DNA of 53,713 nucleotides from Campylobacterota bacterium (GCA_034659135.1 JAYEGP010000070.1:1-53713), one strand, 5' to 3'. Positions 17,071-26,603 are shown, counted from the stretch's first letter. Notes: generated by a model not told the origin, from the sequence alone. Numbers and translations are program-made.

Positions 17071-18423
17071 ATGATGAAAATAACTAAAACAGATATATTG
17101 ATTATTGGTGGCGGCCCTTCTGCTATGGTGACAGCGATGACGGCACTAGAGAACTACCCAAACAAGAAAATCACCGTTATCAAAAAAGAGAAGGTTGGCT
17201 TGGTGCCCTGTGGGATTCCTTATATCTTTGGAACCACACTTGGCAGTAGCGATAAAGATGCATCATCATGTGGAGGACCTGCTTCAAAGAGCATTAATGT
17301 CATCGTCGATGAAGTGACTTCAGTTGATATCGAATCAAAAACGGCACACGCCAATGATCATACCGTCACTTTTGACAAGCTCGTTTTTGCTACAGGATCC
17401 ATCCCTTTTGTACATGAGAGTTTTCAAAAATCACTGGCCCTTGATAATGTATTTACCATTGACAAAGATAAAGATAAAATAGATGTTATTAAGAGTTATC
17501 TTGAAACCTGTAAAAGTGTGATTGTTGTAGGGACAGGGTTTATCGGTGTTGAGATGGCAGAGCAGCTTAAAAGTGATGCTAAAGAGGTGACACTGATTGG
17601 AGGACGCCATATTTTAGCGGATTCATTCGATACCGATATGGCTAAAAAAGGTGAGGCGATCATCCAAGACCTTGGAATTAAGCTCGCATTAGGCCAACAC
17701 GCTTCTGAGGTCATCCATGATGAGACTAGAGCACGTGGCGTCATCTTGCAAGATGGCTCAAAAATCATGGGTGATGCGATCATCTTAGCGACAGGCTACC
17801 AGCCAAATACCACTTTAGCTAAAAAAGCCGGACTCAAACTCGCACGTTATAACGGTATCTGGGTTGATGAGTACATGCGCACACGCAATAAAGACATTTT
17901 TGCCGTAGGTGACTGCTCTGGTCGTCGTGATTTTATTACGCGTGATCCATCAAAAGTGATGCTGGCGTCCACCTCAGCCGCTGAAGCACGTGTGGCAGGT
18001 ATCTCCCTCTATGGTTTAAAACACCTTAAAGGTTTTAACGGAACCATCGCCATCTTCTCCACAATGATTGGAGATAGAGCCTTTGGAAGTGCGGGAGTCA
18101 CAGAGGTTCAGGCACAAAAAGAGCAGATCGATTATGTTTCAGGATATTTTGAAGGCATCAACCGCCATCCAAGCACGATCCCTGATGCATCCAAGCAGTC
18201 CGTAAAACTTATCGCCTTACGAAATAGCGGTCAGATTATCGGTGGACAAGTGATCGGGGACAAAGAAGCCGGAGAGATCATCAATATCATCGGTCTTGCC
18301 ATTGAAGCAGAGCTTACCGCACACCAACTCGTCTCACTTCAAGTTGCGACACAACCCCTGCTCACCTCAGCACCAACAACCTATCCCATCGTTAAGGCAG
18401 CACAACAGATTATAAGTTCTTAA
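17071..18423 (+). CDS. FAD-dependent pyridine nucleotide-disulfide oxidoreductase of the NADH oxidase / CoA-disulfide reductase / NSR type (single active-site Cys)
   Basis: 450 aa. FAD fold ILIIGGGPSAM, single redox Cys in GLVPCGIPYIF, second Rossmann fold VIVVGTGFIGVEMA, and AVGDC near the end of the FAD domain. Confidence 0.8.
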   Translation: MMKITKTDILIIGGGPSAMVTAMTALENYPNKKITVIKKEKVGLVPCGIPYIFGTTLGSSDKDASSCGGPASKSINVIVDEVTSVDIESKTAHANDHTVTFDKLVFATGSIPFVHESFQKSLALDNVFTIDKDKDKIDVIKSYLETCKSVIVVGTGFIGVEMAEQLKSDAKEVTLIGGRHILADSFDTDMAKKGEAIIQDLGIKLALGQHASEVIHDETRARGVILQDGSKIMGDAIILATGYQPNTTLAKKAGLKLARYNGIWVDEYMRTRNKDIFAVGDCSGRRDFITRDPSKVMLASTSAAEARVAGISLYGLKHLKGFNGTIAIFSTMIGDRAFGSAGVTEVQAQKEQIDYVSGYFEGINRHPSTIPDASKQSVKLIALRNSGQIIGGQVIGDKEAGEIINIIGLAIEAELTAHQLVSLQVATQPLLTSAPTTYPIVKAAQQIISS

Positions 18424-19115
18424 ATGTGACACTTGATACTATGGGTTTTTGCTTTCTTGTAAAGATGCTGTGCCTCTGGTGAAAACATTTCACCATCAAA
18501 AGCAAAAAAAGGCGACCAGGTTTTCATTAAAGATTTTGAATTTTTCCTTACATGTAACATCACCAGACTCGCTGGACGATCTGCTTTTGGATGGACAAAC
18601 TGTGCATCAACCACACGCATATTGACCTTATCTAATGCCGCGCAGATTAGTCCAAACTGCTGAGGATCATAACAGAAAATAAAATGTCCTTTTGGCTTAA
18701 GAAGTTTCGAAACCTTGAAAAAAAACTCATCTAAAGGGAGCGACGTGTTTGAACGCGCGGTTGCGATCATGTCGTGTTCACTTCGTGACGCTCCCTCATG
18801 GTAAAAAGGAGGATTGGAAACGATATAGTCATAAGGCTCTTCTGATGTAAAGTCTCTTAGATCGGTATGATGGATATGATAGGCTATCTTATTGACCTTA
18901 GCATTTTTCGAGGCGTAATGAACAAACTCTTTTTGTAACTCAACCGCCTCAAGATTGACTCTTGGAAAATCTCTAGCCACCAAAAGGCCTAAAACACCAC
19001 TTCCTGCTCCCACATCTAACATACGACCTCTTGGCTCAAACTGACTAATGAATCCATATAAAAAGATCGAATCACTGTTGTATCGATACCCATCAAGAGG
19101 TTGATAAAGTTGCAT
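18420..19115 (-). CDS. SAM-dependent N6-adenine methyltransferase, TrmN6/YfiC-like
   Basis: 231 aa. Motifs DGYRYNSDSIFL, DVGAGSGVLGL (motif I) and IVSNPPFY (motif IV). Confidence 0.7.
   Translation of the reverse strand: MQLYQPLDGYRYNSDSIFLYGFISQFEPRGRMLDVGAGSGVLGLLVARDFPRVNLEAVELQKEFVHYASKNAKVNKIAYHIHHTDLRDFTSEEPYDYIVSNPPFYHEGASRSEHDMIATARSNTSLPLDEFFFKVSKLLKPKGHFIFCYDPQQFGLICAALDKVNMRVVDAQFVHPKADRPASLVMLHVRKNSKSLMKTWSPFFAFDGEMFSPEAQHLYKKAKTHSIKCHI
18548..18557. repeat. Iterated palindrome TTACATGTAA (exact)
   Basis: Inside the methyltransferase CDS, read as L-H-V. The flank gives CTTACATGTAA. Confidence 0.95.
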
Positions 19116-19123
19116 TTATAGCC

Positions 19124-19133
19124 TTACATGTAA
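19124..19133. repeat. Iterated palindrome TTACATGTAA (exact)
   Basis: Intergenic. It is 8 nt upstream of the minus-strand ATG of the methyltransferase gene (19115). In that orientation it reads TTACATGTAAGGCTATAAATG. Confidence 0.95.
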
Positions 19134-19168
19134 TAATGATGAAATTATACTCTTACTAAGGTTCTAAG

Positions 19169-19888
19169 ATGATTATCATACCTGCACGACTTGCCTCAAC
19201 ACGTTTTCCTCAAAAGGTTTTAGCCGATATCGGTGGACTTCCAATGGTAGTTCGAACTGCCAATCGTGTCAAGCATCTTGATCGTGTTGTTGTTGCAGCA
19301 GATGATGAACTCATCATCGCTACATGTAAAGCACATGGCATTGAAGCGATGCTCACCTCAACCACGCATAAAAGTGGCACCGATCGTATCAATGAATGCG
19401 CTCAAATACTTGATGTTGACGATGATGAACTCATCATCAATGTCCAAGCGGATGAACCCTTCATAGAAGCCGAAGTGGTAGAGAACCTTATCACGCGTCT
19501 TAAAACACTTCAAAAAGCCAAAGCAGACTTTGTTATGGGAAGCTGCTACAACGCCATCAATGCCGAAGCTGCACAAGATGCCAACCTTGTGAAAGTTGTC
19601 TTAGATGATGTGCATAATGCTATCTATTTTTCGCGTTCCCCTATTCCTTTTAACCGAAGTGGCAGTGCGGTCTATTTTGGGCATATCGGTATTTATGGCT
19701 TTAGTAAAAAAAGTCTGCATGATTTTTGTGGACTTGATGATGCACCGATTGAAGATATTGAAAAACTTGAACAGCTTCGCGCTATCTATCATGGTAAAAA
19801 AATCTCCATGGTAAAAGTAGCGAGTACGGGTTTTGGAATTGATACAATTGAAGATTTGGAGCGTGCTAAGGAGATCTACCAACTATAA
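19169..19888 (+). CDS. kdsB: 3-deoxy-manno-octulosonate cytidylyltransferase (CMP-KDO synthetase)
   Basis: 239 aa. Motifs IIIPARLASTRFPQKVL, HKSGTDRI and NVQADEPF. Confidence 0.9.
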   Translation: MIIIPARLASTRFPQKVLADIGGLPMVVRTANRVKHLDRVVVAADDELIIATCKAHGIEAMLTSTTHKSGTDRINECAQILDVDDDELIINVQADEPFIEAEVVENLITRLKTLQKAKADFVMGSCYNAINAEAAQDANLVKVVLDDVHNAIYFSRSPIPFNRSGSAVYFGHIGIYGFSKKSLHDFCGLDDAPIEDIEKLEQLRAIYHGKKISMVKVASTGFGIDTIEDLERAKEIYQL

Positions 19889-19894
19889 AAGAGC

Positions 19895-21433
19895 TTAGTT
19901 TACTAAATGCTTCCTTTGTGTCAAAGCTTTAACAAGTGATGCGAGTATGGAATGAAATGAATCACTATTGAGATTTATATTCTGTTTGAGTAGCTTAAGA
20001 TTTTTCTCTATCTCACTACGCTCTTCTTGACTTACTAGATAGACCTCTTCAGCTTTTTTAAAAGCCATAGCATCATTATCACGAAGTTTTTTTGCTTTTA
20101 AAAGATGTGATTTAGCTTTGGCAAAATCATGAGCGTACTGTTTTTCATCATTTTGTAATTCAAGTTCAAGCTTATGATCCATTTTTCCTTTACTCTCTTC
20201 ACGCATTTTATAACGTAGGTTTTCAAGTTTATTATTAAGTTCACGCGCTTGAATCGACTGTTTTTTATAGTGTTCCTCATTTAAACTTAGCTGTTTCTTT
20301 TTATTATTATAAGTATCTTCTATCTCTTTAAAATGCTCTTTCTTATTATCGAGTTCTACTAATAATGATCGGTATTTATTTCTTGAATTAATCCACATTT
20401 TGGCGATGGAGAGTACTGAATTAGAGTTCCAGTGCTTACCATCAGGAGTTGTCAGTTCGGGAATAGCGTAACGTTTGCCTCCCTCAATATAGATTTTTCC
20501 AGAGTAGTATCTCAAAAACTTTTCAGCATTTTCACTTTTCAATGTGATCTGCTCAAAAATTTCTGTTGCCATTCTTTGATGCACATCCATAAAATGCTTT
20601 CTAAAAATAAATCCGGCAAAACCGATAAGATAGTTTTTATTTTGAGAAACATAATAGGAGAGTTCTAAAGCTATTTGTGCTCGAATCAGTGAGAGCACAT
20701 GCTTTTCATAATAGTCATTACTAATCTCATCAAAATTTAATTTCTCTTGGAACAGCACAGCCATCACACCATCTAAAAATGTATCTAGGTCTTGTTCTAA
20801 AAAGAACTCATTGTAATGATTTTCAAGATTTTGGGGTTCATAACCATTAAAGCGACGTTCAGATTGATCAATCTCGCTGGGTGCCTTTACCTCTTTTTCA
20901 AGATGAGGCATTGCTTGGAAAATTTTAATGAGGTATTTGCGTTTTTGATTTAAGATGACATCACGATCAGAAAGTCCAAGGGCTTTTTTGATAGCAAATT
21001 GAACGAGCGCTTTTTTATTAACATGCTCATCTGTTTCGGCAAGTTCAGCATTCATAGCACGGCGAGTTCTTCCAAAAATTGCGATTTGATCTTCTCTACC
21101 CTGATAGGGGTAGTCAATATTTCTACGACTGTTTTTAATGATCGTGATAAGTGATTGCAAATGAGAAGAGTCTTGTGGGTTAAGAGAGTAGGGAGTGATT
21201 TTAAATGCTACGCCTTTGTCTAAAGAGAAGCGAAATATCAAAGATCCTGCAGATTCAAAAAAATCACGAAAAGCAATCTTAATTTCACGACTATTTTGCT
21301 CAATTTCAGTATCGCTGTATCGTGACTGGAGATAGTGAAGCAGTGCAAAATTCTCATGTCCGCCCCACTCTTGATTTTTTTTTGGAGTGCTGAGTTTACG
21401 TTTTAAATATCGAAGCGTATCTTGATATATCAC
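19895..21433 (-). CDS. Hypothetical 512-aa protein with a C-terminal coiled-coil, last gene of the Che/Sia supercluster
   Basis: Long ORF whose start overlaps the HD-GYP stop by 4 nt. I recognise no domain. The C-terminal ~170 aa are K/E-rich heptad-like sequence. Confidence 0.5.
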   Translation of the reverse strand: MIYQDTLRYLKRKLSTPKKNQEWGGHENFALLHYLQSRYSDTEIEQNSREIKIAFRDFFESAGSLIFRFSLDKGVAFKITPYSLNPQDSSHLQSLITIIKNSRRNIDYPYQGREDQIAIFGRTRRAMNAELAETDEHVNKKALVQFAIKKALGLSDRDVILNQKRKYLIKIFQAMPHLEKEVKAPSEIDQSERRFNGYEPQNLENHYNEFFLEQDLDTFLDGVMAVLFQEKLNFDEISNDYYEKHVLSLIRAQIALELSYYVSQNKNYLIGFAGFIFRKHFMDVHQRMATEIFEQITLKSENAEKFLRYYSGKIYIEGGKRYAIPELTTPDGKHWNSNSVLSIAKMWINSRNKYRSLLVELDNKKEHFKEIEDTYNNKKKQLSLNEEHYKKQSIQARELNNKLENLRYKMREESKGKMDHKLELELQNDEKQYAHDFAKAKSHLLKAKKLRDNDAMAFKKAEEVYLVSQEERSEIEKNLKLLKQNINLNSDSFHSILASLVKALTQRKHLVN

Positions 21434-22227
21434 TCGTAGACATCCTTAAGGGATTCTCTAATAGCCAAAAATTCATCTAAATGTTCAAAAAAGATATCCA
21501 CTAATTTAGGATCAAAATGCTCACCACGTTCTTCTTTAAAAAGTTTGAAAATACGTTCATCATCCCAAGCTTTTTTATAACATCGATCACTGCCCAAAGC
21601 ATCAAACACATCAGCCATAGCGGTAATCCGACCATATATATGGATCTGTTCACCTTTGAGTTGGCGAGGATAACCGGTACCGTTCCACTTTTCATGATGC
21701 TCATAAGCGACCGTTGCAGCACATTTTAATAAGGGGCGATCAGAGTGAGCTAGCATGTCAAAGCCCAATTGGGCATGGGTATCCATTATCTTACGCTCTT
21801 CATCATTAAAGCGTCCGGGCTTATTGAGCACAGAATCTGGGATTGCAACTTTGCCAATATCGTGCATAGGTGAAGCCTGTTTAAGCATCTCAGTTTCCCA
21901 GTCAGAAAGACCATAATATGTCGCAAAAACTCTAGAGTACTCAGCAACACGCTTAACATGTTGACCCGTCTCTTTTGATCGGCTTTCACCAATGGCACCC
22001 ATAGTAAAGACGACTTCACGTTGTGTCTCTTCTATCTCTTTTTGAAGTTCTTCAACCTCTTGAAGCCGTTTTTGTAACTCATCATACTCTTGACGTTGAC
22101 GTTTATCACTGCGCTCCATGATCTTATTTTGACGCATAAGGTCTTTAATGATTTTATCGGTTGTCTTGGCAAAACTACCTTTTAAATCTTCTAACTCCTT
22201 TATGAGTTTATCTTCTGCTCCTGACAT
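21430..22227 (-). CDS. HD-GYP domain c-di-GMP phosphodiesterase with an N-terminal coiled-coil
   Basis: 265 aa. Motifs HDIGKVAIPDSVLNKPGRF and HHEKWNGTGYP. Confidence 0.85.
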   Translation of the reverse strand: MSGAEDKLIKELEDLKGSFAKTTDKIIKDLMRQNKIMERSDKRQRQEYDELQKRLQEVEELQKEIEETQREVVFTMGAIGESRSKETGQHVKRVAEYSRVFATYYGLSDWETEMLKQASPMHDIGKVAIPDSVLNKPGRFNDEERKIMDTHAQLGFDMLAHSDRPLLKCAATVAYEHHEKWNGTGYPRQLKGEQIHIYGRITAMADVFDALGSDRCYKKAWDDERIFKLFKEERGEHFDPKLVDIFFEHLDEFLAIRESLKDVYE

Positions 22228-22240
22228 GGTATATCCTCTC

Positions 22241-22618
22241 TTACTTTTTAACTACAAGATTGATTGTAAGATGCTCAAAATCATCAATAAAATCTTCTCC
22301 AGCTTCTAAAGCACTTTCATTCTCTTCATCATAAATCCAATTGACTTCAATGGTGTTTTTTTCTCTGTTTTCATCAAGCAGATCAAAAAAGTCAAAGAAG
22401 AGTTTTGAAGAGCTGGAATTAAAATAGATGATCTCCATATTAACCACTGTTTTTTCTGCTGCATTACCTTCAAAATACTCTTCCATCCAATCCATAACAG
22501 GTTTATAAAATTCAAATGTGTTTTCTGGATACGACTTTCCAACCATACTAACAGTTCCAACAGGATCTAATTTGATTTCTGGGGTATATTGAGTTACGCC
22601 AAGCGTTAAGATTTCCAT
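22241..22618 (-). CDS. SiaC-like DUF1987 regulatory phosphoprotein (second copy)
   Basis: 125 aa. About three quarters identical by eye to the 3365..3739 product, including IIYFNSSSSKLFFDFFDLL. Confidence 0.75.
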   Translation of the reverse strand: MEILTLGVTQYTPEIKLDPVGTVSMVGKSYPENTFEFYKPVMDWMEEYFEGNAAEKTVVNMEIIYFNSSSSKLFFDFFDLLDENREKNTIEVNWIYDEENESALEAGEDFIDDFEHLTINLVVKK

Positions 22619-22627
22619 AGTTATTCC

Positions 22628-23176
22628 TTAGTTTTTATTAATTATAGTTTTTAGCGTAAAAAAATAGCGATTCTCACTTGATGGGGTAAAATCATATTCA
22701 ATTTTATCACATCGTCTGGCAATTTCAATAAATCCGATACCGGCACCTTTAGCATGTTTATCTTTACCTGCTTTTCGCTGCTCACGGTATAAGGATCTCA
22801 GCTGATCTTTGTTTAAGCCTTCAACTTCTTTTAGGCGCTTTTCTACTTTAATTTTATCATCAGCGTCAATCTGATTACGGCTCATAATATAATAACTTTT
22901 TTTATCAGGCTCCATACCAACAAGAACAAGACCTTTAGACTCATAGGTATGGTTTGCATCTTGTTTAGATTTCGAATAGTTCATCATATTTTGAGCCAGT
23001 TCAATGAAAATCGTAAAGATGTTCCCAGAGATTTTAATACTTAGCTCATTATTTTGCGCTTCGTGTTCTAAAGCATCCGTCATACCTGCAATCAAAGACT
23101 GCGTTAAACATCCGCCATAGGAAAGAAAAACAATACCGTCTTGCTCAAGAATACTCTCTAGTGCATCAAATTTCAT
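22628..23176 (-). CDS. SiaB-like / RsbW-like GHKL Ser/Thr kinase (second copy)
   Basis: 182 aa. IELAQNMMNYS and HAKGAGIGFIEIARR. Paralogue of the 2813..3352 product. Confidence 0.65.
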   Translation of the reverse strand: MKFDALESILEQDGIVFLSYGGCLTQSLIAGMTDALEHEAQNNELSIKISGNIFTIFIELAQNMMNYSKSKQDANHTYESKGLVLVGMEPDKKSYYIMSRNQIDADDKIKVEKRLKEVEGLNKDQLRSLYREQRKAGKDKHAKGAGIGFIEIARRCDKIEYDFTPSSENRYFFTLKTIINKN

Positions 23177-23230
23177 AATATATTGCTCCTCTTAAGTATG
23201 GTAACATTTTTTACCTACAATGAAATCATT

Positions 23231-24001
23231 CTATTCACTATCAATAAAGACAATTTCACTTTTAATAGGATTGAGTAAAATCGATTTATGTCCCGTACGA
23301 TATTGATAATAGAAGACATTTCTTTTTAAGTTTTTCAAAATCGTTGTATTGTAATAATCAGCATTTGAGCACTTTCCTACAAATAAGAACATAAAAAGAA
23401 GTTTTAGTTTTTGCTCTTCAAAGATTTCATGAGGTTGTGATAAAAAGGTAAATCCATATTTTTTCTGGTTGATTAAATCAAAAAGATAGAGTAAAAAGTC
23501 TTCAAATTTTGTATAAAACCCATTGAGTTGTGCAATTTCATGAAAAAAGTAATAGTAGTTTTCAAGTAAAACTTCCATCTGTAACATCTGAGAAATTTTA
23601 CTTTTTTGATCTTTTTTATTCTTAAAATATTGAGGATTAACGGCCATATAGATATGTTTTCGTTCTGCAGTAGCCGCTTTAAGTGCCTTCATAAATGACT
23701 CACTCTCTTCAAACTGCATGTAATTAAAATTTTCATCAGCCTTATATCGCAATTCGATATCTGCAATGCTAGGATTTGAAAAATCCAGATAGAGGGTTGG
23801 AATCTCGTTATCAATAATGAAATTTCTAATCTTATTAGCGAGATGGGTCTTTCCAGAGCCTTCCTCTGCCAATATTAATGTATTGTTGTAAAGTGTTCGG
23901 TTTTCAAGTGTTACTTTAGCAATACTATTTTTGTATTTTCCTAATATATTTCGCATTAATATTCTCGTTTGTGTGATTTTTTTACATTGAAGTATAGCCA
24001 A
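23231..24001 (-). CDS. Hypothetical protein with a Walker-A-like P-loop
   Basis: 256 aa. LILAEEGSGKTHLANKI followed by an hhhhD-like PTLYLDF. No family recognised. The start may be the internal MRNILG. Confidence 0.4.
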   Translation of the reverse strand: MAILQCKKITQTRILMRNILGKYKNSIAKVTLENRTLYNNTLILAEEGSGKTHLANKIRNFIIDNEIPTLYLDFSNPSIADIELRYKADENFNYMQFEESESFMKALKAATAERKHIYMAVNPQYFKNKKDQKSKISQMLQMEVLLENYYYFFHEIAQLNGFYTKFEDFLLYLFDLINQKKYGFTFLSQPHEIFEEQKLKLLFMFLFVGKCSNADYYNTTILKNLKRNVFYYQYRTGHKSILLNPIKSEIVFIDSE

Positions 24002-24026
24002 TTATAAGAGATTTGCATACGAATTA

Positions 24027-24236
24027 TTACTTAATTTTTGAGCTAATAGTTATCGTATAATTACCAAATTTTTCCATCATACTAAATTGATGTTTATGAC
24101 AAAACGTAGAATTCATCACTTTAAACATCTGATCGGCTTCTTCTTTGGCTTCCTCTCTACTCTGAAAGCTTTGATGTTCACTATAACCACTTTTTAAAAA
24201 ACAACTGCAAGCATTATTAACATCTACTTTATACAT
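24027..24236 (-). CDS. Small hypothetical Cys/His-containing protein
   Basis: 69-aa ORF with CSC and CHKH. It lies 9 nt downstream of the response regulator gene. Coding status is uncertain. Confidence 0.3.
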   Translation of the reverse strand: MYKVDVNNACSCFLKSGYSEHQSFQSREEAKEEADQMFKVMNSTFCHKHQFSMMEKFGNYTITISSKIK

Positions 24237-24245
24237 GTAAAACTC

Positions 24246-25559
24246 CTAAAAATCAAAAATATCATCAAGGTCTTCAACTGCCTCTGTCTCGTTTTGTGGG
24301 ACAAGCATGGAGACTATCGTCTTAGAGTTTGCACTGATCGTATCATCTAAGAAACTAACACTAGGCGCACCTTCATGAAATATCATGCGATTCCATGTGG
24401 TTAAATCATTACTAAAAGCAGTGGTCATTGGTGCCAAAGCTTCTGAGTTCTCACGGAAGGTATTAATCTCAGAAGAGATCGCATCAGAGAGCTCTAATAG
24501 TGCCTGTCCAATTGGATAAGACTCAGTATAAACTGTTAAAATTTTTGCTATTTTTGCAAGATAGGAGTAGATCTGCACAATCTCTTCATCCTCGAGTTCA
24601 CTACTTCCTATCATTAAGAATAGTGAACTGAGTTTACCTAGGTAGATTTCTAACTCCTCAAGATCTTCAACATCCATATAAGAATAGATATGATGTTCGA
24701 GTGATTTTAACGTCTCTACAGGTTTAGCTTCAGGTGTAGCGACCTCAACACTCTCAACAGCAGGTGCAATTGGCTCTTCTGGAGCTAACACGACGGTTTC
24801 AATGGGTAAAGAAAAGCTTATCAGCTTATTTTGTATCTGATACTCACGTACCATAGGGTTTTTCAACATTACGAGTTTTACAAGTTTGGCATCGATCATA
24901 TTAATATTACTCAAAGTAAAATACCGATGGGATTCAGACTCTTCTACTATCACCTCACAGTGTGTGTCAAATTTTAATAAAAGATCGCTAAGGGAGTAAA
25001 TTGCTCGAACGACGTCACTGAGCAATTCACAACGATCGCCTTCAGATAAAAGATAATATTCCCAAAACTCAGACAAGGTATCTTCTGAGGTAATCATAAA
25101 AATAAGCCGACGACTAAAGACCTCTTTTGTGTAGATATTTATAGCATTAGAGTTGAATTTTTTATGATGACGTGATTCAATAAGTGAAAGATAATTTCCA
25201 ATACGGCTATTGAAGATATCAGCATTAATAGGTTTCGAGATATAGTCTTCAGCCCCATTACTTAAAATCTGTCGTTGATAATCACTATCATCAATTGCTG
25301 ATACTGCAATAATCATGACATTTTTATCATTTTGACGAATAAGTCGTGTGGCATCAACACCGTTCATCTCAGGCATCATAATATCCATAAAGACAATACT
25401 ATAGGCTGTCTCTTGAGCTTTTTCTACTGCTAGTTTTCCATTTTCAACCTCATCAATTTCAAAAGAGAAGCCCTCATGTTCATCTAAGTAATCTTCAAGC
25501 AAAAGATTAAGAATCATACGATTATTTTTATTATCATCTACAATCAATATTTTAATCAT
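24246..25559 (-). CDS. Response regulator: N-terminal REC domain plus an uncharacterised ~300-aa C-terminal region
   Basis: 437 aa. ILIVDDNKNNR, phospho-acceptor context VFMDIMMPEMNG, and YISKPI. The C-terminal tail is acidic and ends EDLDDIFDF. Confidence 0.8.
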   Translation of the reverse strand: MIKILIVDDNKNNRMILNLLLEDYLDEHEGFSFEIDEVENGKLAVEKAQETAYSIVFMDIMMPEMNGVDATRLIRQNDKNVMIIAVSAIDDSDYQRQILSNGAEDYISKPINADIFNSRIGNYLSLIESRHHKKFNSNAINIYTKEVFSRRLIFMITSEDTLSEFWEYYLLSEGDRCELLSDVVRAIYSLSDLLLKFDTHCEVIVEESESHRYFTLSNINMIDAKLVKLVMLKNPMVREYQIQNKLISFSLPIETVVLAPEEPIAPAVESVEVATPEAKPVETLKSLEHHIYSYMDVEDLEELEIYLGKLSSLFLMIGSSELEDEEIVQIYSYLAKIAKILTVYTESYPIGQALLELSDAISSEINTFRENSEALAPMTTAFSNDLTTWNRMIFHEGAPSVSFLDDTISANSKTIVSMLVPQNETEAVEDLDDIFDF

Positions 25560-25612
25560 GTTCTACCTTGCATAATTTTATAACCATTATAACTTATTCT
25601 CTTTGACTCGTC

Positions 25613-26353
25613 TCATAATCTCTTAATAAGTTCTGCTGCAAACATTTTATAATCTTTCATCCCTTTCGAGCGACGTGAGTTTAATACAAGGGGATCGCCC
25701 GATTCAAATTGTTTGGCCAGTTTAATATCAATACCAATAGGCGAATAGAGCTTCTCTTCACCAAATGTTGTTTTTACTTTTTCTAGAGCCTCTTTGTGTT
25801 CAGGAATGTGAGGATTAAACATTACCGGTAAAATACTTACCTGTGCTAGATCACGTCCAAGAGTTGTAGCGCTTTGATAAATCGTACGAACCATCTGACC
25901 TACCGCCACAACGCCTAGGTAATGAGGAACAAAAGGTATGACAACAGCATCTGCAACTTCTAAAGAATTTTTTAAAAGTGCATCAAAAGTAGGTGGGGTA
26001 TCAATAATACAATAGTCAAAAAAATCTGCTATTTTTTCATGTTTAAAACGACTTTTAAGTACTCCCCTAAGATCTGTATATTCATAAACATCAAAAAACT
26101 CCAAGGCTGGAGAGAGTGTCAACTGATCATGAACCGTAGGAATAAAGGTTTCACTTAGTGTGGAACCTAAAAAGATAGAGTGTATCCCTAAAGATGAAGA
26201 AGGTCCAGAACCTACACCAATAGAAGCGTGTCCTTGTGTATCAAAATCAAGAAGCAGTACTGAAGCTTCTTTGGCAAGCTCTGAAGCAAGGTTTACTGCT
26301 GTTGTCGTCTTAGCAGAACCCCCTTTTCTATTGCTAATTACAATGGTTTTCAC
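25613..26353 (-). CDS. ParA/MinD-family ATPase (PpfA/ParC-like, associated with the chemosensory cluster)
   Basis: 246 aa with the deviant Walker A NRKGGSAKTT. It is embedded in the che operon. Confidence 0.8.
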   Translation of the reverse strand: MKTIVISNRKGGSAKTTTAVNLASELAKEASVLLLDFDTQGHASIGVGSGPSSSLGIHSIFLGSTLSETFIPTVHDQLTLSPALEFFDVYEYTDLRGVLKSRFKHEKIADFFDYCIIDTPPTFDALLKNSLEVADAVVIPFVPHYLGVVAVGQMVRTIYQSATTLGRDLAQVSILPVMFNPHIPEHKEALEKVKTTFGEEKLYSPIGIDIKLAKQFESGDPLVLNSRRSKGMKDYKMFAAELIKRL

Positions 26354-26603
26354 TCGTATCGAATCCCTCTAATACTTTTTGAAACATTTTTTTCTCTTCA
26401 CCAAAACTAAATTCACAACTGTAGAGCTTTTTATAGGCCATTATTGTCTGTAAGACAGCAAGATGAACATCATCACATGTTGTAAAATCAATGCTGATGT
26501 TTTCAGGTGCTTTCTCTTGAAAAAAGTCACGCATTGTTGCCACTTCATCTTCATAGATTACGGATGTAAACAGAAGTTTATTATCTTCGATTGTAATTGC
26601 CAT
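26334..26603 (-). CDS. Small STAS-like (anti-sigma antagonist fold) protein, tentative
   Basis: 89 aa. The pattern ISIDFTTCDDVHLAVLQTIMAY resembles the STAS core. It overlaps both neighbours. Confidence 0.4.
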   Translation of the reverse strand: MAITIEDNKLLFTSVIYEDEVATMRDFFQEKAPENISIDFTTCDDVHLAVLQTIMAYKKLYSCEFSFGEEKKMFQKVLEGFDTSENHCN

